A program made the position numbers and the translations under genes. Source: a virus (lineage: Duplodnaviria > Heunggongvirae > Uroviricota > Caudoviricetes). Taken from it: 29,596 bases of DNA. Shown piece by piece: positions 26,995 through 29,596 of the stretch. The notes under the pieces are model-generated. The model saw only the letters and a program-made list of their open reading frames with translations, had not been told where the DNA came from and ran no database searches. The stretch lies in IMG/VR virus record IMGVR_UViG_2541047905_000021; one strand, 5' to 3'. Position 1 is the stretch's first letter. The number at the start of each line of letters is the position of its first letter.

Positions 26995-28157
26995 TGCTGG
27001 ATGCACTGACATTTGATGCAGGCAGTACGCTGACGCCGGATTACATGCTGATGCTCGACAGCAGGGATATTACCGGCAATATCAGCGACCGTCTGATGAG
27101 CATGACCCTGACGGATAACCGGGGCTTTGAGGCTGACCAGCTTGATATTGAACTGAACGATGCCGACGGGCAGGTCGGACTACCGATTCGTGGCGCTGTC
27201 CTGACGGTGTATATCGGCTGGAAAGGTTTTGCCCTGGTATGCAAAGGGAAATTTACCGTTGATGAGGTTGAACACCGGGGCGCACCGGATGTGGTCACCA
27301 TCCGCGCCCGGAGTGCAGATTTTCGCGGGACGCTCAATTCCCGCCGTGAAGGCTCATGGCATGACACCACGCTCGGTGCGATTGTTGAGGCGATAGCCTC
27401 CCGTAACAGGCTGGAAGCCAGTGTCGCTCCGTCACTGGCCGGAATTAAAATCCCGCACATCGACCAGTCGCAGGAGTCTGATGCGAAATTTCTGACCCGT
27501 CTTGCAGAACGCAACGGCGGTGAGGTGTCGGTAAAAATGGGAAAACTGCTGTTTCTCAAAGCGGGGCAGGGGGTGACGGCCAGCGGTAAAAAAATCCCGC
27601 AGGTCACCATCACCCGCAGCGACGGTGACCGCCATCATTTTGCGATTGCTGACCGTGGAGCCTACACCGGCGTAACGGCAAAGTGGTTACACACCAAAGA
27701 CCCGAAGCCGCAAAAGCAGAAGGTAAAACTGAAACGCAAAAAGAAAGAAAAACACCTGCGCGCACTGGAGCACCCGAAAGCAAAACCGGTCAGGCAGAAG
27801 AAAGCGCCAAAAGTACCGGAAGCGCGCGAAGGTGAATACATGGCCGGTGAGGCTGACAACGTTTTTGCCCTGACCACGGTATATGCCACGAAAGCACAGG
27901 CCATGCGTGCCGCTCAGGCGAAGTGGGATAAACTGCAACGGGGCGTTGCGGAGTTCTCCATCAGCCTGGCTACCGGTCGTGCTGATATTTACACGGAAAC
28001 ACCGGTTAAAGTATCAGGCTTTAAGCGCGTCATAGACGAGCAGGACTGGACAATCACTAAGGTGACACATTTTCTGAATAATAGCGGCTTCACGACGTCC
28101 TTAGAGCTTGAGGTCAGGCTTTCTGATGTGGAGTACGAAACAGAAGATGATGAGTGA
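26994..28157 (+). CDS. D: Tail protein D
   Basis: 387 aa; start overlaps the U stop; last gene of the tail operon. Confidence 0.85.
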   Translation: MLDALTFDAGSTLTPDYMLMLDSRDITGNISDRLMSMTLTDNRGFEADQLDIELNDADGQVGLPIRGAVLTVYIGWKGFALVCKGKFTVDEVEHRGAPDVVTIRARSADFRGTLNSRREGSWHDTTLGAIVEAIASRNRLEASVAPSLAGIKIPHIDQSQESDAKFLTRLAERNGGEVSVKMGKLLFLKAGQGVTASGKKIPQVTITRSDGDRHHFAIADRGAYTGVTAKWLHTKDPKPQKQKVKLKRKKKEKHLRALEHPKAKPVRQKKAPKVPEAREGEYMAGEADNVFALTTVYATKAQAMRAAQAKWDKLQRGVAEFSISLATGRADIYTETPVKVSGFKRVIDEQDWTITKVTHFLNNSGFTTSLELEVRLSDVEYETEDDE

Positions 28158-28238
28158 TGTAATTTATTTATCTGTTTGTTTTATAAGGATAAATTAACTA
28201 AAATGGCACTATCAACAAAACCGGAAGAGGTGCTCGCG

Positions 28239-28457
28239 ATGTTTCATTGTCCTTTATGCCAGCATGCCGCACATGCGCGTACAAGCCGCTATATCACTGA
28301 CACGACAAAAGAGCGTTATCACCAGTGTCAGAACGTGAATTGCAGCGCCACGTTCATCACCTATGAGTCGGTACAGAGATACATCGTGAAGCCGGGAGAA
28401 GTCCACGCCGTAAGGCCGCACCCGTTGCCGTCAGGGCAGCAAATTATGTGGATGTGA
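28239..28457 (+). CDS. ogr: Ogr late-gene transcriptional activator (C4 zinc finger)
   Basis: ATG at 28239 with GGAAGAGG upstream gives 72 aa, MFHCPLCQHAAHARTSRYITDTTKERYHQCQNVNC..., matching remembered P2 Ogr almost residue for residue; the track ORF starts 21 codons earlier. Confidence 0.9.
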   Translation: MFHCPLCQHAAHARTSRYITDTTKERYHQCQNVNCSATFITYESVQRYIVKPGEVHAVRPHPLPSGQQIMWM

Positions 28458-28520
28458 TCACAAAAATAGCCCCTCAGTTGAGGGGCTTTATTTATGGTCG
28501 ATGTGGACGCTATGTGGACA
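28445..28520 (+). promoter_or_regulatory. Candidate Int arm-type binding sites in attR (three direct ATGTGGA(C) repeats)
   Basis: ATGTGGA at 28446-28452, ATGTGGAC at 28501-28508, ATGTGGACA at 28512-28520; an IHF-like sequence TATCATcaggTTAG follows at about 28542-28555. Confidence 0.35.
28468..28495 (+). terminator. Intrinsic terminator after ogr
   Basis: AGCCCCTC-agtt-GAGGGGCT hairpin followed by a T-rich tract. Confidence 0.6.
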
Positions 28521-28585
28521 GCGGTTGACATAAATCCATTTATATCATCAGGTTAGGTGCTTTTTTTTGACACCATCCCTGTCTT

Positions 28586-28612
28586 CCCCCACATGCTGTG
28601 GGGGTTTTTTTT
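28586..28612 (+). terminator. Strong intrinsic terminator directly upstream of the fieF promoter region, probably chromosomal
   Basis: CCCCCACA-tgc-TGTGGGGG hairpin followed by T8. Confidence 0.6.
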
Positions 28613-28693
28613 ATCCTCAATTTGCCTGCTGCTTAATGCATTGCAGATGATTTGCTTCCGTTATACTAGCGTCAGTTGATAGCGGGAGTATTT

Positions 28694-29596
28694 ATGAATC
28701 AATCTTATGGACGGCTGGTCAGTCGGGCGGCGATTGCTGCGACGGCGATGGCTTCGCTGCTATTGCTGATTAAAATTTTTGCATGGTGGTATACCGGGTC
28801 GGTGAGTATTCTCGCCGCGCTGGTGGATTCGCTGGTGGATATCGGCGCGTCGTTGACGAATTTATTGGTGGTGCGATATTCCCTGCAACCTGCCGACGAT
28901 AATCACTCGTTTGGTCACGGTAAAGCTGAGTCCCTCGCGGCGCTGGCGCAAAGTATGTTTATCTCCGGTTCGGCACTATTCCTGTTTTTGACGGGTATTC
29001 AACATCTGATATCTCCAACACCGATGACAGATCCAGGCGTCGGGGTTATCGTGACAATTGTGGCGCTAATTTGTACGATTATCCTTGTCTCGTTTCAGCG
29101 TTGGGTGGTGCGGCGGACGCAAAGCCAGGCGGTGCGGGCTGATATGCTACATTACCAGTCTGATGTTATGATGAACGGCGCAATTCTGCTGGCGCTGGGG
29201 TTGTCCTGGTACGGCTGGCATCGCGCCGATGCTCTGTTTGCATTGGGAATCGGCATCTATATTTTATATAGCGCGTTACGCATGGGATATGAGGCGGTAC
29301 AGTCATTACTGGATCGCGCATTGCCTGATGAGGAACGGCAAGAAATTATTGATATCGTGACTTCCTGGCCGGGTGTTAGCGGCGCTCACGATCTTCGCAC
29401 GCGGCAGTCAGGGCCGACCCGCTTTATTCAGATTCATTTGGAAATGGAAGACTCTCTGCCTTTGGTTCAGGCACATATGGTGGCGGATCAGGTAGAGCAG
29501 GCTATTTTACGGCGTTTTCCGGGATCGGATGTAATTATCCATCAGGACCCCTGTTCCGTCGTACCCAGGGAGGGTAAACGGTCTATGCTTTCATAA
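28694..29596 (+). CDS. fieF: Cation-diffusion-facilitator ferrous-iron/zinc efflux transporter FieF (YiiP)
   Basis: 300 aa from [23 protein letters not shown]...; recognised as enterobacterial FieF; GGGAG Shine-Dalgarno at 28684-28688; the track ORF adds 6 upstream codons. Confidence 0.95.

Larger units (their letters stand above)
1..28612. mobile_element. P2-like prophage, apparently complete (int through ogr); right boundary approximate, left attachment site outside window
   Basis: Uninterrupted P2 gene order and orientation with protein lengths matching my recollection of P2 (Q 344, N 357, M 247, T 815, D 387, Ogr 72 aa and others); a P2-type cos sequence at the expected place between A and Q; chromosomal fieF immediately to the right. 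Confidence 0.9.

Noticed and set aside
24688-27938. Antisense ORFs in T and D (for example 25534-26223 -, 25066-25500 -, 27041-27613 -)
   Set aside because: Fully embedded in the tape-measure and D genes; Ala/Ser/Thr-rich translations consistent with antisense of GC-rich coding sequence.

Overview
Almost the whole window (about 1-28612) is one apparently complete P2-like (Peduovirus-type) temperate prophage in standard prophage order, followed by the chromosomal gene fieF (28694-29596). The order is int - C repressor - cox - B - small early ORFs - A (rolling-circle initiator) - short AT-rich accessory segment - cos - Q/P (leftward) - O N M L X - lysis cassette (Y K lysA lysB lysC) - R S - baseplate V W J I - tail fibre H/G - FI FII E/E' T U D - ogr. 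attL lies left of position 1 (the window starts at the int stop codon), so the att core cannot be defined by repeat comparison. The two P2 cargo positions are nearly empty: the G-FI gap is 132 bp, and the A-cos locus carries only about 0.9 kb of AT-rich DNA with one RBS-driven 37-codon ORF, a bidirectional terminator, a 15-bp direct repeat pair and a long palindrome. That A-cos segment is the best candidate for something undescribed, but the evidence is thin. Other points of interest are a mosaic tail-fibre gene with internal tandem repeats, a conserved dyad motif upstream of the late operons, the E/E' frameshift site, and the attR junction beside fieF. No CRISPR array, tRNA/rRNA, IS element or reverse transcriptase was seen. 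All homology statements rest on reading the supplied translations against remembered P2-family proteins; no search was run.
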